From sequence record SRR20825019_236: DNA of 46,637 nt. One strand, given 5' to 3'. This document shows positions 8,761-17,981 of this stretch, piece after piece. How positions within the stretch are numbered: the first letter of the stretch is position 1; every line of letters starts with the position of its first letter. The notes below the pieces were generated by a model. It was not told where the DNA came from. It saw only the letters and a list, made by a program, of their open reading frames with translations, and ran no database searches. Position numbers and translations under genes: made by a program.

Positions 8761-8872
8761 TTGTAAGACTTCAATAAGTTGCTCTGACATGTGTACGAAA
8801 ATGGCGAAGCTGACCGCGAGTTTATGTCTTAGGCTTGCTGCCTGACATGTGACTTAATTGACTTGCTTAGCC
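8761..8872 (-). mobile_element. Degenerate attC site 3
   Basis: GGCTAAG(C) AAG TCAATTAAGT ... ACTTATTGA AGT CTTACAA; L''/L' pair with one extra T; both R boxes mutated. Confidence 0.55.
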
Positions 8873-9253
8873 TGTTACCAACAAACGTAAAGCCCAATCA
8901 CCAAAGCCCCAAACAAAAGTACCTAACACAACTAATGCATGGGCCAATCTTGATGTAACTTTTTGAATTTTTGGTGGATCTATATCCCAAGGATTGTCAT
9001 TCCAAACACCTGAACGACCTTTTACTGTTTGATATATGTTGTTCATCTCTATTCGTACTAAAGAATACTCAGCCATTACAGCAAAAAGAACAATTAATGC
9101 ACCAAATCGCGCAAACCATATAGGGCTAACGCATATACCAAGCAATAGCCCAATAATAAAAAATATGGCTCCGAATATAATGTTTGAAATAGCGTAACTA
9201 AAATTCAAGATGCAAATCCATTTACTGAGTTGTTTGCCCGAATCAAAATCCAT
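8867..9253 (-). CDS. Cassette-like small membrane protein
   Basis: 3 hydrophobic helices, AT-rich, stop at the attC3 R'' position. Confidence 0.65.
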   Translation of the reverse strand: MDFDSGKQLSKWICILNFSYAISNIIFGAIFFIIGLLLGICVSPIWFARFGALIVLFAVMAEYSLVRIEMNNIYQTVKGRSGVWNDNPWDIDPPKIQKVTSRLAHALVVLGTFVWGFGDWALRLLVTG

Positions 9254-9391
9254 CAAAATAACAATGTCGCTCCCCTGCTGTTTTGTGAACTATTTCACGA
9301 TCAATAAGATAGCGCAACTCTACCAGGCAATAGGACGCTTGTTAGCCACCCATAGTGAGGCTAGTAATAAATCAAGGATAGTTGTTAATTG

Positions 9392-9778
9392 TTATCCGCT
9401 GAGTTTAAGAAAAACACTGGCATAGGCCCAGATGATTGAGCCGGAAATAACGCAGATATGGGCTGCCCATTTCAATAACCTTCGATGCAGTGCAAAGGAA
9501 AAGATTGCTTCTCCCTCACCATCGGAGGAGTGCAAAATGGATTTGTTGATAGCGATTTTTTCGTACCAGTTGTGGCGGTACTCAACGATAAGACCGGCAA
9601 TAACCAGAATCGCGCCGGAGGGGCCGATGAGGTTGATATCCGGGTAGCTCGGATTGAGATAGATTGAAATCAGCACCACGCCCAATCCCAGCATCACAAT
9701 GGCTCCATCGAGAACAGAGTGGTGCCAGCGGTTGCCGGGGAGCCAAGCAGGTACTGTAAGGTGCCTGGTTTGATCCAT
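9392..9778 (-). CDS. Small membrane protein, homolog of the adjacent 8867-9253 ORF
   Basis: AGGAG RBS before ATG 9778; SGAILVIAGLIVEY and AHICVISGSIIWAYA motifs. Confidence 0.65.
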   Translation of the reverse strand: MDQTRHLTVPAWLPGNRWHHSVLDGAIVMLGLGVVLISIYLNPSYPDINLIGPSGAILVIAGLIVEYRHNWYEKIAINKSILHSSDGEGEAIFSFALHRRLLKWAAHICVISGSIIWAYASVFLKLSG

Positions 9779-9954
9779 GATAGCTAACACTCCTTTGAGC
9801 CTGATTTTGTCACTGGCTCATTGATTTGTCAGGTATTCAATTGAACGAACTCACTCAAATTAAACTGGGGCAGTATTCCCAAATGGCAAACTTGCATCGC
9901 CTTATCTGCATGAGAGGATTTCAGGCAGATAACTCCACCGATATTTTTCTCTGA

Positions 9955-11172
9955 TTATTCTGCCGCTTTTTGATGTGCTTCCCGAATAGGGCCTTGAGCC
10001 ATAATCCAGGTGATCACCAGAAAGACCAGCATGCCGAGCAAAATAGACTGGAACTGTACACCGGCATCAATCATAAAACCCAGAAAGGCGGGTGCGACAC
10101 CAGTGGAAAACACCAGAAACGCTGATTTGAGAGAGCGAACCTGGCCCAGATGCTCACGGCCCCAGAGTCTGACCAGCAGGCTGTCGCCGATAGGAGACGA
10201 CATACCCAATGCGGTACCGGCACCGAGCATAATGATCCAGATGGCGATATTGCCGCCAATTAAGGCTGCCGCCAGCAGCGCGACGGCGAAGGGCACCAGA
10301 TAGAGTTTGGCGAGCGTGGTGACACCGAGTTCGTCAATCCAGCGGCCACCGAGTAAGGCACCAGGGAAACGGGAAATACCGAGGCCGGTCAGAGCTAGGG
10401 CATAGTTGGTGGCCGTTGCACCCAGATCTTCGGTCATCTGTGCCTGATAGATAAAAATACCGGTGAGGGTGATGGGCAGCACCATCAGCATCGGGATCAG
10501 CATCCAGAAGCGGCGTTCACGCATCGGCGAAGGGCCTTTTTCCTGCGGTTCGTTTTTGCTCTTTTTCTTTCTGGGCGCTTCAGGCCAGTCAACGAACAGG
10601 ATAAGGAAAACCCACATCACCAGTAAGACGGCAGCAATACTCCACCAGATTTGTTGCCAGGTCAGCCAGGTGACGAGCAGGGCAATCACCGGTGGCAGAA
10701 TGATTTCACCGGAGGGCATGCCGAGGCTGACCAGACCTAAAGCCCGGCCCCGGTTCAAAGTAAACTCGCGGCCGGCCAGAGTACTGCCCAGATGGGTCAT
10801 CAGGCCCTGACCACAGAGCCGTTGCAGACCCAAGCCGAAGATAGCGAGCCCCCACCACGGTGACAGGGTCAGCATTAAGACACCGATGATCAGCGTCGAC
10901 AGCACTATCAGGGCATAGCGTCTGGGTGCAATCCAGTCGATCTTGGGGCCGAAGTGCATCACCAGAAAACCGCTGGTCATGGTAATGGCGGCATAGATGC
11001 TGCCGAATTCACCGGCCGTGATGTTCAGATGCTGACTGATATCCGACTGAAACAGGCCGATAAAAAAGCTCTGGCCCAGGTTGCCGGTAAAGACCGCCAG
11101 CCAGGCAGCAGCAATTAAACCAAAATGCCGACGTAACAAGCCGGCATAGCCAAGACGAATGTCTGAATCCAT
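9955..11172 (-). CDS. MFS transporter
   Basis: About 12 TM segments; GPKIDW and GRWIDELG motif-A variants. Confidence 0.9.
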   Translation of the reverse strand: MDSDIRLGYAGLLRRHFGLIAAAWLAVFTGNLGQSFFIGLFQSDISQHLNITAGEFGSIYAAITMTSGFLVMHFGPKIDWIAPRRYALIVLSTLIIGVLMLTLSPWWGLAIFGLGLQRLCGQGLMTHLGSTLAGREFTLNRGRALGLVSLGMPSGEIILPPVIALLVTWLTWQQIWWSIAAVLLVMWVFLILFVDWPEAPRKKKSKNEPQEKGPSPMRERRFWMLIPMLMVLPITLTGIFIYQAQMTEDLGATATNYALALTGLGISRFPGALLGGRWIDELGVTTLAKLYLVPFAVALLAAALIGGNIAIWIIMLGAGTALGMSSPIGDSLLVRLWGREHLGQVRSLKSAFLVFSTGVAPAFLGFMIDAGVQFQSILLGMLVFLVITWIMAQGPIREAHQKAAE

Positions 11173-11183
11173 GAAACCTTCCG

Positions 11184-11858
11184 TTAACTGCGATGATGCG
11201 TTTTATTGAATAAGCGGGGGTTATTTTTGATGAACTTCCTGATCCAGCGTTGCATCAGACCCTGAGTGGGATGACGTTTGAGATAACGATAGCCGAGCAG
11301 GCTGATTATCATTGCACCCAGAGCGTCGACCATCAAGTCTGTGATGGTATCAGTGAGACCGGTGCTGTCACCGAAAGCCGGTTTTTGCATGGTCAGGTCG
11401 AATACTTTATCGCCGATGTATTCGAAAAACTCCCAGAACACCCCGACGCCGATAGCAAACAGAAAAGCAAAAAAGGCAATAAAGCCGGGTTTCATATAGA
11501 GGCTGACGCGCTCGGTTTCATTCATCACATAAACCAGCAGGAAGCCCACAATGCCAAGCAGCAGACCAGAAACGGTGTGAAGGGCGATATCCCACCACCA
11601 GATTTTGAAGTAGTAACCATGCACTTCACCCAGAAACAGCGAAGCAAACACAAAGATAATGGTCACCAGTTGAAACTCGGCCGGGATAACAACATCGAAT
11701 TTTCTGGCAAAGACCGTGGGTAACAGTGTAATCAAAAAAATGCCGCTGATGATGAAAGCATCGAACCAGGCCTGATCCCAGAGTGCGCCGACAACACCGG
11801 CTACTAGGATTATCTGAAACAGGGTGGCTAGGCGGTTCTGTATTGTGTTTTCATCCAT
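11184..11858 (-). CDS. Conserved membrane protein (DUF2238/YjdF-like)
   Basis: WWDIALH, WEFFEY, DTITDL motifs. Confidence 0.65.
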   Translation of the reverse strand: MDENTIQNRLATLFQIILVAGVVGALWDQAWFDAFIISGIFLITLLPTVFARKFDVVIPAEFQLVTIIFVFASLFLGEVHGYYFKIWWWDIALHTVSGLLLGIVGFLLVYVMNETERVSLYMKPGFIAFFAFLFAIGVGVFWEFFEYIGDKVFDLTMQKPAFGDSTGLTDTITDLMVDALGAMIISLLGYRYLKRHPTQGLMQRWIRKFIKNNPRLFNKTHHRS

Positions 11859-12016
11859 GGTGTCATGATTTCTAAATGAACTCAGGTCATCTTAAACAGT
11901 CAGCTTTTTAAAATCGAGTTACCCGGTCATGATTTGAGTTAACAAAGTCGTCTTGTTAAGGTTGTGAGCAATTTTATCTCACGCAATCCTAAATCAAACC
12001 AAACAGGGAGTTTATC

Positions 12017-14398
12017 TTGCGCCATTCAATTTCAGGCTTTTTAAGCACACTCAGTTTACTGTTTCTGACAGGACTGATGTTGGCTACCGGACCGGTCCAG
12101 GCCGGAGCGGCACAGCTTGCGGCAGAACAGAATGCAAGCGAAGGCGCCGTTGATAAATATCAGGCATTGGCCGATGTATTATCTGATCCAGCGAGTCGGG
12201 AAAAACTGATTGACGAGCTCAGGTCGATGTCTGATCAGGGGCAGCAGGGACAGTCAGAACAGTCACAAGAGAATGCACAGCAGCAGGAAGGCAAAGCGGG
12301 AAACAAGGAAGACGCTGCCACCGACGTGGCTAAAAAAACACAGTCTGCGGTACAGGTGATTGTCGGAACCCTGACCGGCAGCTGGTCCGCATTGGCAGAA
12401 CTGATCAGCGGCGAGAGTAAAAGCATCAAAGACTTCTTCACCCTGCTGGTGAAACTCAGCCTGGTCATCGCTGCCACCCTTGTCGCTTATTGGTTACTGC
12501 GACCGATGGCGAGATTGCTGTTTCGCAGAGCCGATAATATGGCTGCAGCAGCAGATGGCATTCACCCGATCATTGTTAAAGCGACTGCCGTGCTGATTAG
12601 TGTGGTCACAGATGTTGTGGTGGTGATTCTGGCCTGGCTTGCCGGTTATGCTGTGGCACTGCTGTTCGTTGGTGAGATGGGCGAAGTCAGCGTCAGTCAA
12701 AGCCTGTTCCTGAATGTCTTTCTCGCGGTTGAGCTGTTTAAAGTCGTGCTTAGAGCGATCTTTGCAGGGCGGGATGATTCGTTACGCTTGTTGCCGATGA
12801 CATCTCAAACCGCGCGTTACTGGAGTCTGTTCCTGTCCAGCCTGGTGAGCCTGGTAGGCTACGGCGTGCTGTTTGTGGTGCCACTGGTCAGCAATCAGCT
12901 GTCGGAAAATCTGGGGGATCTGACCAATCTGATTATCGTGATTATTGCGGTGAGTTATGCCTTCACCGTTGTCGCCCGAAATCGCCAGAACGTCAAAGAG
13001 GGTCTCATTGCGTTATCTCGCAAAGCGACCTTCTCTATGACTCAGGTCACGCTGGGCGTACTGGCTAAATGCTGGCACTGGCTGGCTTTTGCCTATTTCC
13101 TGGTCATGGGCGCATCGCTGCTGATTGAGCCGGATACAGCATTGCCCGGCTTGCTGATGGCCACCCTGCAAACCGCGCTGGCTATCTTTATCGGCATGGC
13201 TGTTATTGCCTTGATTCAGATGCTGCTTGATAACGGTGTGAAAGTGCCACCGGTCATCAGCCAGCGTCTATCGACTTTTGAACACCGCTTGAACCAGTTT
13301 GTGCCGATGTTCAGCAAAGTGCTCAAAGGGATTGTGCTGGTCATGGTCATCAGCGCTGTGCTGGATGCCTGGGGCGCGGTGAACCTGCCGGTCTGGCTGA
13401 CTTCTTCGGCGGGCACGCAGCTGCTGTCCACCATCATTTCAGTGCTGTTTATTCTGGCGTTTGCCTCACTGTTCTGGATGACCCTGGCAAGCTGGATTGA
13501 GCATCGTCTGGATCCGGAGCAGGGTGGTGGTGAGCCCAGCGCCCGTGAGAAAACCCTGCTGACCATTTTCCGTAATGCCACGGCCATCGTCATTATCGTC
13601 ATGACATTGATGATTGTGCTGTCTGAGATCGGCATTAATATCGGACCGTTACTGGCTGGTGCGGGTGTGTTGGGTCTGGCCATCGGTTTCGGTGCCCAGA
13701 AACTGGTACAGGATGTGATTACCGGCGTGTTTATCCAGATGGAGAATGCGATTAATGCCGGGGATATTGTCACCGTCGGCGGCCTGACTGGTACCGCTGA
13801 GAAGCTGACCATCCGCTCGCTGGGTCTACGTGACCTGTCAGGCACCTATCATGTGATTCCGTTCTCTTCTGTGGATACCGTGTCCAACTACATGCGTGAG
13901 TTTGCTTACCATGTCGGTGAATACGGCGTGGCTTACCGCGAAGACACGGACGAAGTGGTGATCAAACTGCGTGAAGCCTTTGAAGAGTTAATGTCAAATG
14001 ATGAGCTTCGTGCCAACATTCTGTCCGATGAACTGGAAGTGCATGGTGTCACGGCGCTAGCCGACAGTTCGGTCAATATCCGTGTTCGTATCAAGACCTT
14101 GCCGGGTAATCAGTGGGCTGTCGGCCGTGAGTATAACCGGCTGGTTAAACGTCATCTGGATGCGGCGGGTATCGAGATTCCATTCCCGCATCTCACGCTG
14201 TACTTCGGGGAAGACAAACAGGGTAATGCACCGGCGATGCCGATGAAAATGCTCAATGACGTGAAAATGATTAATGATGCGTCTAATGGCCCTGAGGATG
14301 CGGAAATTCAATCCGGTAAGAAATCGCCGGGTGAACGTTCGAGTAAATCTTCTGAGTACAATCCGACCGAGAAAGGCGACTTTGATGACGGTGAATAA
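12017..14398 (+). CDS. ybiO: Large MscS-family mechanosensitive channel (YbiO-like)
   Basis: LADVLSDPASREKLIDEL N-domain; AGAGVLGLAIGFGAQKLVQD; GIEIPFP. Confidence 0.85.
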   Translation: MRHSISGFLSTLSLLFLTGLMLATGPVQAGAAQLAAEQNASEGAVDKYQALADVLSDPASREKLIDELRSMSDQGQQGQSEQSQENAQQQEGKAGNKEDAATDVAKKTQSAVQVIVGTLTGSWSALAELISGESKSIKDFFTLLVKLSLVIAATLVAYWLLRPMARLLFRRADNMAAAADGIHPIIVKATAVLISVVTDVVVVILAWLAGYAVALLFVGEMGEVSVSQSLFLNVFLAVELFKVVLRAIFAGRDDSLRLLPMTSQTARYWSLFLSSLVSLVGYGVLFVVPLVSNQLSENLGDLTNLIIVIIAVSYAFTVVARNRQNVKEGLIALSRKATFSMTQVTLGVLAKCWHWLAFAYFLVMGASLLIEPDTALPGLLMATLQTALAIFIGMAVIALIQMLLDNGVKVPPVISQRLSTFEHRLNQFVPMFSKVLKGIVLVMVISAVLDAWGAVNLPVWLTSSAGTQLLSTIISVLFILAFASLFWMTLASWIEHRLDPEQGGGEPSAREKTLLTIFRNATAIVIIVMTLMIVLSEIGINIGPLLAGAGVLGLAIGFGAQKLVQDVITGVFIQMENAINAGDIVTVGGLTGTAEKLTIRSLGLRDLSGTYHVIPFSSVDTVSNYMREFAYHVGEYGVAYREDTDEVVIKLREAFEELMSNDELRANILSDELEVHGVTALADSSVNIRVRIKTLPGNQWAVGREYNRLVKRHLDAAGIEIPFPHLTLYFGEDKQGNAPAMPMKMLNDVKMINDASNGPEDAEIQSGKKSPGERSSKSSEYNPTEKGDFDDGE

Positions 14399-14480
14399 TC
14401 GCCCTCATCAATATTGAGAAATTAAGCCGGTACAGCCGATTTCTGTGAGCGGGCTTCGTCAGCGTGATGAAGCCCGTTGA

Positions 14481-15872
14481 TCAGTCTTCTTCCAGCCAAC
14501 GATAGAGTGTTTTGCGGCCAATACCCAGAATGGCTGCCGCCCGGCGTTTGTTGCCATCCACGGTGTCGAGCACCATTCTGACATAACGGCGTTGCAGTTC
14601 TGGCAGGCTGGGCATGACCGGCCCTTGCAGCAGTGACTGCTCTTCATCCGGCATCGTGGCGACTTTACTTGTAGGACTGCTGGCGCTGGTCAATCTTGCA
14701 GGCAGGTGTGGCGCGCTGATCCATTCTTCATTACAAAACGCGACCGCACGCTCAACCACATTATGCAATTCACGCACATTGCCGGGGAAATCATAATCGC
14801 GAATTAATGCCAGCGCTTTGTCATCGAAGCCTTTGATGCTTCTGCCTCGTTCGATAGCGATCTGGCGCAGGAAAAGCTGTGCCAGCAACTCCTGATCCTC
14901 TTCACGTTCCCTCAGCGCGGGAATCGAGAGACCGAAAGCCTCAAGCCGGTAGTACAGATCTTCACGGAAGCTGCCATCCTCCACTTTTTGTTTCAGATCC
15001 CGATGCGTGGCGGCAATGATACGGACATCGACTTTTTCTTCGGTGTCCTGACCTACCGGACGAATCGAACCGTCTTCCAGTGCCCTTAATAACTTGGCCT
15101 GCAATGACAACGGCATTTCACCGATTTCATCCAGCAGCAGGCTGCCGCCATTGGCCTGTTGCATCAAGCCTTTTCGTTTTTTGCCTGCACCCGTAAAGGC
15201 ACCGGCGGCATGACCAAAAAACTCGCTTTCCAGTAAATCGGAAGGAATACCGGCACAGTTGACGGCGAGAAAGGGCCCCTCGGCACGGTCGCTTTCACCA
15301 TGCAGGGCTTTGGCTACCAGTTCTTTGCCGGTGCCGCTTTCGCCATGAATTAATACCGGGCCCTGCGCCTTGGCAATGACCTTGATCTGCTCGAACAGGT
15401 GACGCATCGCCTCACTTTGTCCGAACATGCCATAGAACTGCTGCTGTTTGCCGAGCTGGCGGAACTGTTTCAGCTCCACCTTGATTTGTCTGGCTTCCAT
15501 CACCCGTTCGACGGTTAACAGGAAATGTTCCATATCGAGCGGTTTGGTCAAAAAGTCATCTGCGCCAGCATGCAAGGCTGCCACTGCCTGTTTGACGCTG
15601 CCGAATGCGGTGATCACGATGATGCCGGGACGCTCATCGACACCGGGCATTTGCATCACAGCTTCAACCAGTGACATACCATCACCATCAGGTAATTTCA
15701 GATCGGTGACGATAATCGCCGGCTGTGTGGCCTCAAGTTGTTCAAAAGCGTCCTGAAGCTCGTGGACGGTGCTGACAGTCCAGCCTTCTGTTTCCAGTTC
15801 TTCACAGATGAGATCAGCCAGCGCGTGATCATCTTCAACCACAAGAATTTGTTTGTCCTTATCCTGACTCAT
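14481..15872 (-). CDS. Sigma54-dependent response regulator (NtrC/AtoC/ZraR family)
   Basis: Receiver domain, GESGTGKE, GAFTGA, FPGNVREL, Fis-type HTH. Confidence 0.95.
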   Translation of the reverse strand: MSQDKDKQILVVEDDHALADLICEELETEGWTVSTVHELQDAFEQLEATQPAIIVTDLKLPDGDGMSLVEAVMQMPGVDERPGIIVITAFGSVKQAVAALHAGADDFLTKPLDMEHFLLTVERVMEARQIKVELKQFRQLGKQQQFYGMFGQSEAMRHLFEQIKVIAKAQGPVLIHGESGTGKELVAKALHGESDRAEGPFLAVNCAGIPSDLLESEFFGHAAGAFTGAGKKRKGLMQQANGGSLLLDEIGEMPLSLQAKLLRALEDGSIRPVGQDTEEKVDVRIIAATHRDLKQKVEDGSFREDLYYRLEAFGLSIPALREREEDQELLAQLFLRQIAIERGRSIKGFDDKALALIRDYDFPGNVRELHNVVERAVAFCNEEWISAPHLPARLTSASSPTSKVATMPDEEQSLLQGPVMPSLPELQRRYVRMVLDTVDGNKRRAAAILGIGRKTLYRWLEED

Positions 15873-17356
15873 GACTGTGTTTCACCCTCAGAATGAAGCG
15901 GGAAGCGAAGCTTGAAGCGGGCACCACCGAGCGGGCTTTCACTGAGGGCAATATCGCCATCGTGTTCACGCATGATCCTTTTGACTATGGCCAGGCCGAG
16001 GCCGCTGCCTTCACCGGGCTGTTTACTGCTGACAAAAGGCTTGAAGATTTCCTTGGATTGAGATGCCGGAATACCGGGGCCGGCATCGTCAATCAGGATA
16101 TAGAGATTGTCCGCGTCGGCCTCCCAACTGACGAGAACTTCGCCCTCAGGACAGGCCTGACAGGCATTGCGCATCAGGTTGACCAGGGCCTGCTCAATGC
16201 TTAAAGGATCGGCCTTCAAAGTCACTTCTTTGCCAACTGAAACGGTGATATTCCGTCCTTCTTCTGTCAGCACCATCCTGGCTTGTTCAACCACTTTGCT
16301 GACCGGCAATGCTTGTTTGTTGGTACGGGAACTGCGGCCGAAACTCAGTAACTGTTCGACAATGGAAGTCATCCGCTGTACCTGTTCCCGAATGGTATTC
16401 AGTTCGCGGGCCATATCGGGGTCGGTCTGATGCCTTAACAGTCGGTTGGCGCGTCCGTCCACGACCGTTAGTGGTGCGCCCAGTTCATGGGCCACACCCG
16501 CTGACAGTTGGCCCAGTGCTGCCATAGTTTCTGAGTGTCGCAGCCGTTCGGCCATTACTTCACGGGCCCGGCGCTGGGTGCTTTCTCTCTTTTCTGCCAT
16601 TTCGATGGCATCCAACATGCCATTCAGGCCGGTAGCCAGCTGCTTGAGCTCCCTCGGTCCCTGTGGTGTTGCCCGGTGCTGATGATCGCCGGCGCTCACT
16701 TGTCTCATTGAACCCAGAATCCGGCCCAGTGGTTTGCCGATAGCTCGCTGGTGAGCAAAGATAATGATGCCCAGCATCAGCATGGCGACCAGTGCAAATC
16801 CCCCCCAGGTATAAGCTCTTAGTGAGGCCAGTTCGTTATCAATATCACTGCGTCGGCGGGTCACCTGAAGCAGACCATTGGGTCGGCCAAACTCATCAAA
16901 CAGGGGCATAAAAAAGGAATAAACACGACGGCCACGGATCTGCTCGTATTGAGCAAATTCGCCTTTATTAGCTTTTTTTATGGCTTCGGTGGCTTGGCGG
17001 CGGGTCGGGTTAACTACGCCAAAGCTGCTGAGCCGCTCGCCTTGCGCATTGAACAGATAGACGCCGTAGACCTCGGCTTGAGAAAAGACAGAAGCCATAC
17101 TGTTCTGTAACTGCGCCAAATCGCGTCTTTGTAATGCCTGTGAGACGGGCAGATGAATGGTTCTGGCCACCAGACGCAAGTCACTCTGCATTCGTTGCTC
17201 GACAAATTCGCCAATCGCAGAAAAGCTGATACCCAGCACCAGACTCAGTAATAACAGCACAGGTAGAGCGACCTGAAGGATCAGTACTAAACGGAGATCA
17301 TTCACACGGTTGGGTAGTTTCATAGTTCGATTTTGATGTGTTCGGTTTTGACTCAT
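15869..17356 (-). CDS. Sensor histidine kinase (periplasmic sensor, HAMP); start may be 17323
   Basis: AHELGAPL H-box, NLMRNA N-box, DAGPG, GSGLGL; ATGA overlap with the regulator. Confidence 0.95.
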   Translation of the reverse strand: MSQNRTHQNRTMKLPNRVNDLRLVLILQVALPVLLLLSLVLGISFSAIGEFVEQRMQSDLRLVARTIHLPVSQALQRRDLAQLQNSMASVFSQAEVYGVYLFNAQGERLSSFGVVNPTRRQATEAIKKANKGEFAQYEQIRGRRVYSFFMPLFDEFGRPNGLLQVTRRRSDIDNELASLRAYTWGGFALVAMLMLGIIIFAHQRAIGKPLGRILGSMRQVSAGDHQHRATPQGPRELKQLATGLNGMLDAIEMAEKRESTQRRAREVMAERLRHSETMAALGQLSAGVAHELGAPLTVVDGRANRLLRHQTDPDMARELNTIREQVQRMTSIVEQLLSFGRSSRTNKQALPVSKVVEQARMVLTEEGRNITVSVGKEVTLKADPLSIEQALVNLMRNACQACPEGEVLVSWEADADNLYILIDDAGPGIPASQSKEIFKPFVSSKQPGEGSGLGLAIVKRIMREHDGDIALSESPLGGARFKLRFPLHSEGETQS

Positions 17357-17372
17357 GTATCAGGCTGACACA
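17339..17372. promoter_or_regulatory. Putative enhancer (UAS) for the NtrC-family regulator
   Basis: Near-perfect palindrome TGTATCAG-G-CTGACACA (17356-17372) plus weaker adjacent TGTTCGGTTTTGACTCA, about 100 bp upstream of the -24 box. Confidence 0.55.
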
Positions 17373-17427
17373 TGATTCTTGTGTTTACAAAATCTCATGT
17401 AAGGCGACGCGCTAACGTGATCCTGTT

Positions 17428-17440
17428 CAAGCTATTGATA
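17428..17440 (-). promoter_or_regulatory. IHF binding site
   Basis: CAAGCTATTGATA is an exact reverse-complement match to WATCAANNNNTTR, with adjacent AT tract. Confidence 0.65.
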
Positions 17441-17469
17441 AATAATTAAAATTATTTTTTAATTCTGGC

Positions 17470-17485
17470 TGGCATGGATCTGGCA
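17470..17485 (+). promoter_or_regulatory. Sigma54 -24/-12 promoter
   Basis: TGGCATG-GATC-TGGCA: GG-N10-GC, 34 nt upstream of the ATG at 17520. Confidence 0.7.
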
Positions 17486-17519
17486 CCAGTAGGGTTCCTC
17501 TAATCGTTAGGAGAATTTT

Positions 17520-17903
17520 ATGAAACGCATGAACGCAAGCTTGTTGTCTTTGTTGCTGTCACTTGGTCTGAGCACCGCGGCGATTGCCGAGGACACCTAT
17601 AGTGCCGAGCCAGGCGCGACAGCAGCACCTGCAGAAACAGCCAATTATCAGTTTAATGATGAGGAGCTGGAAAAATTTGCTCAGGTTCAGCAAGACCTTG
17701 AAGTTATTCGTGAGGAATATGGTGCGAAACTGGAGAATGTGGAGGACCCCCAGAAAGCGCAGTCTTTACAGCAGGAAGCCAGTGAAACGATGACAGAAGC
17801 AGTCCAGGATGAAGGGCTGGATGTCGAGACATACACCACGATCGCAAAAGCGGTACGGAATGATGATGCCTTGCGTCAGCGTGTGATTCAAATGATGAAT
17901 TAA
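17520..17903 (+). CDS. Secreted DUF4168-domain protein
   Basis: Signal peptide (AIA), EELEKFA, QQEA..M.EAV..EGL..ETY..I..AV..D..L; AGGAG RBS. Confidence 0.8.
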   Translation: MKRMNASLLSLLLSLGLSTAAIAEDTYSAEPGATAAPAETANYQFNDEELEKFAQVQQDLEVIREEYGAKLENVEDPQKAQSLQQEASETMTEAVQDEGLDVETYTTIAKAVRNDDALRQRVIQMMN

Positions 17904-17932
17904 CAGAACCTGAAGTTCGCGAGATAGGACTT

Positions 17933-17966
17933 AAAGCCGGATTCTCTGTTGAGGATCCGGCTTTTT
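17933..17966. terminator. Bidirectional intrinsic terminator
   Basis: AAAGCCGGAT...ATCCGGCTTTTT between convergent genes. Confidence 0.8.
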
Positions 17967-17981
17967 ATATGGCTGACCGGT

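Larger units (their letters stand above)
6680..9260 (-). mobile_element. Degenerate integron cassette array without nearby integrase (CALIN)
   Basis: AT-rich co-oriented small ORFs with stop codons in R''-like TAAC boxes, separated by attC-like palindromes; no intI in window. Confidence 0.7.

Noticed and set aside
9290-9395. A fourth attC between the two small membrane genes (GGCTAAC at 9347-9341; CTTATTG-ATC-GTGAAAT)
   Set aside because: Only fragments; no convincing L''/L' pairing
6642-9954. Prophage or IS origin for the AT-rich island
   Set aside because: No integrase, transposase, phage structural gene, tRNA or flanking direct repeat is visible
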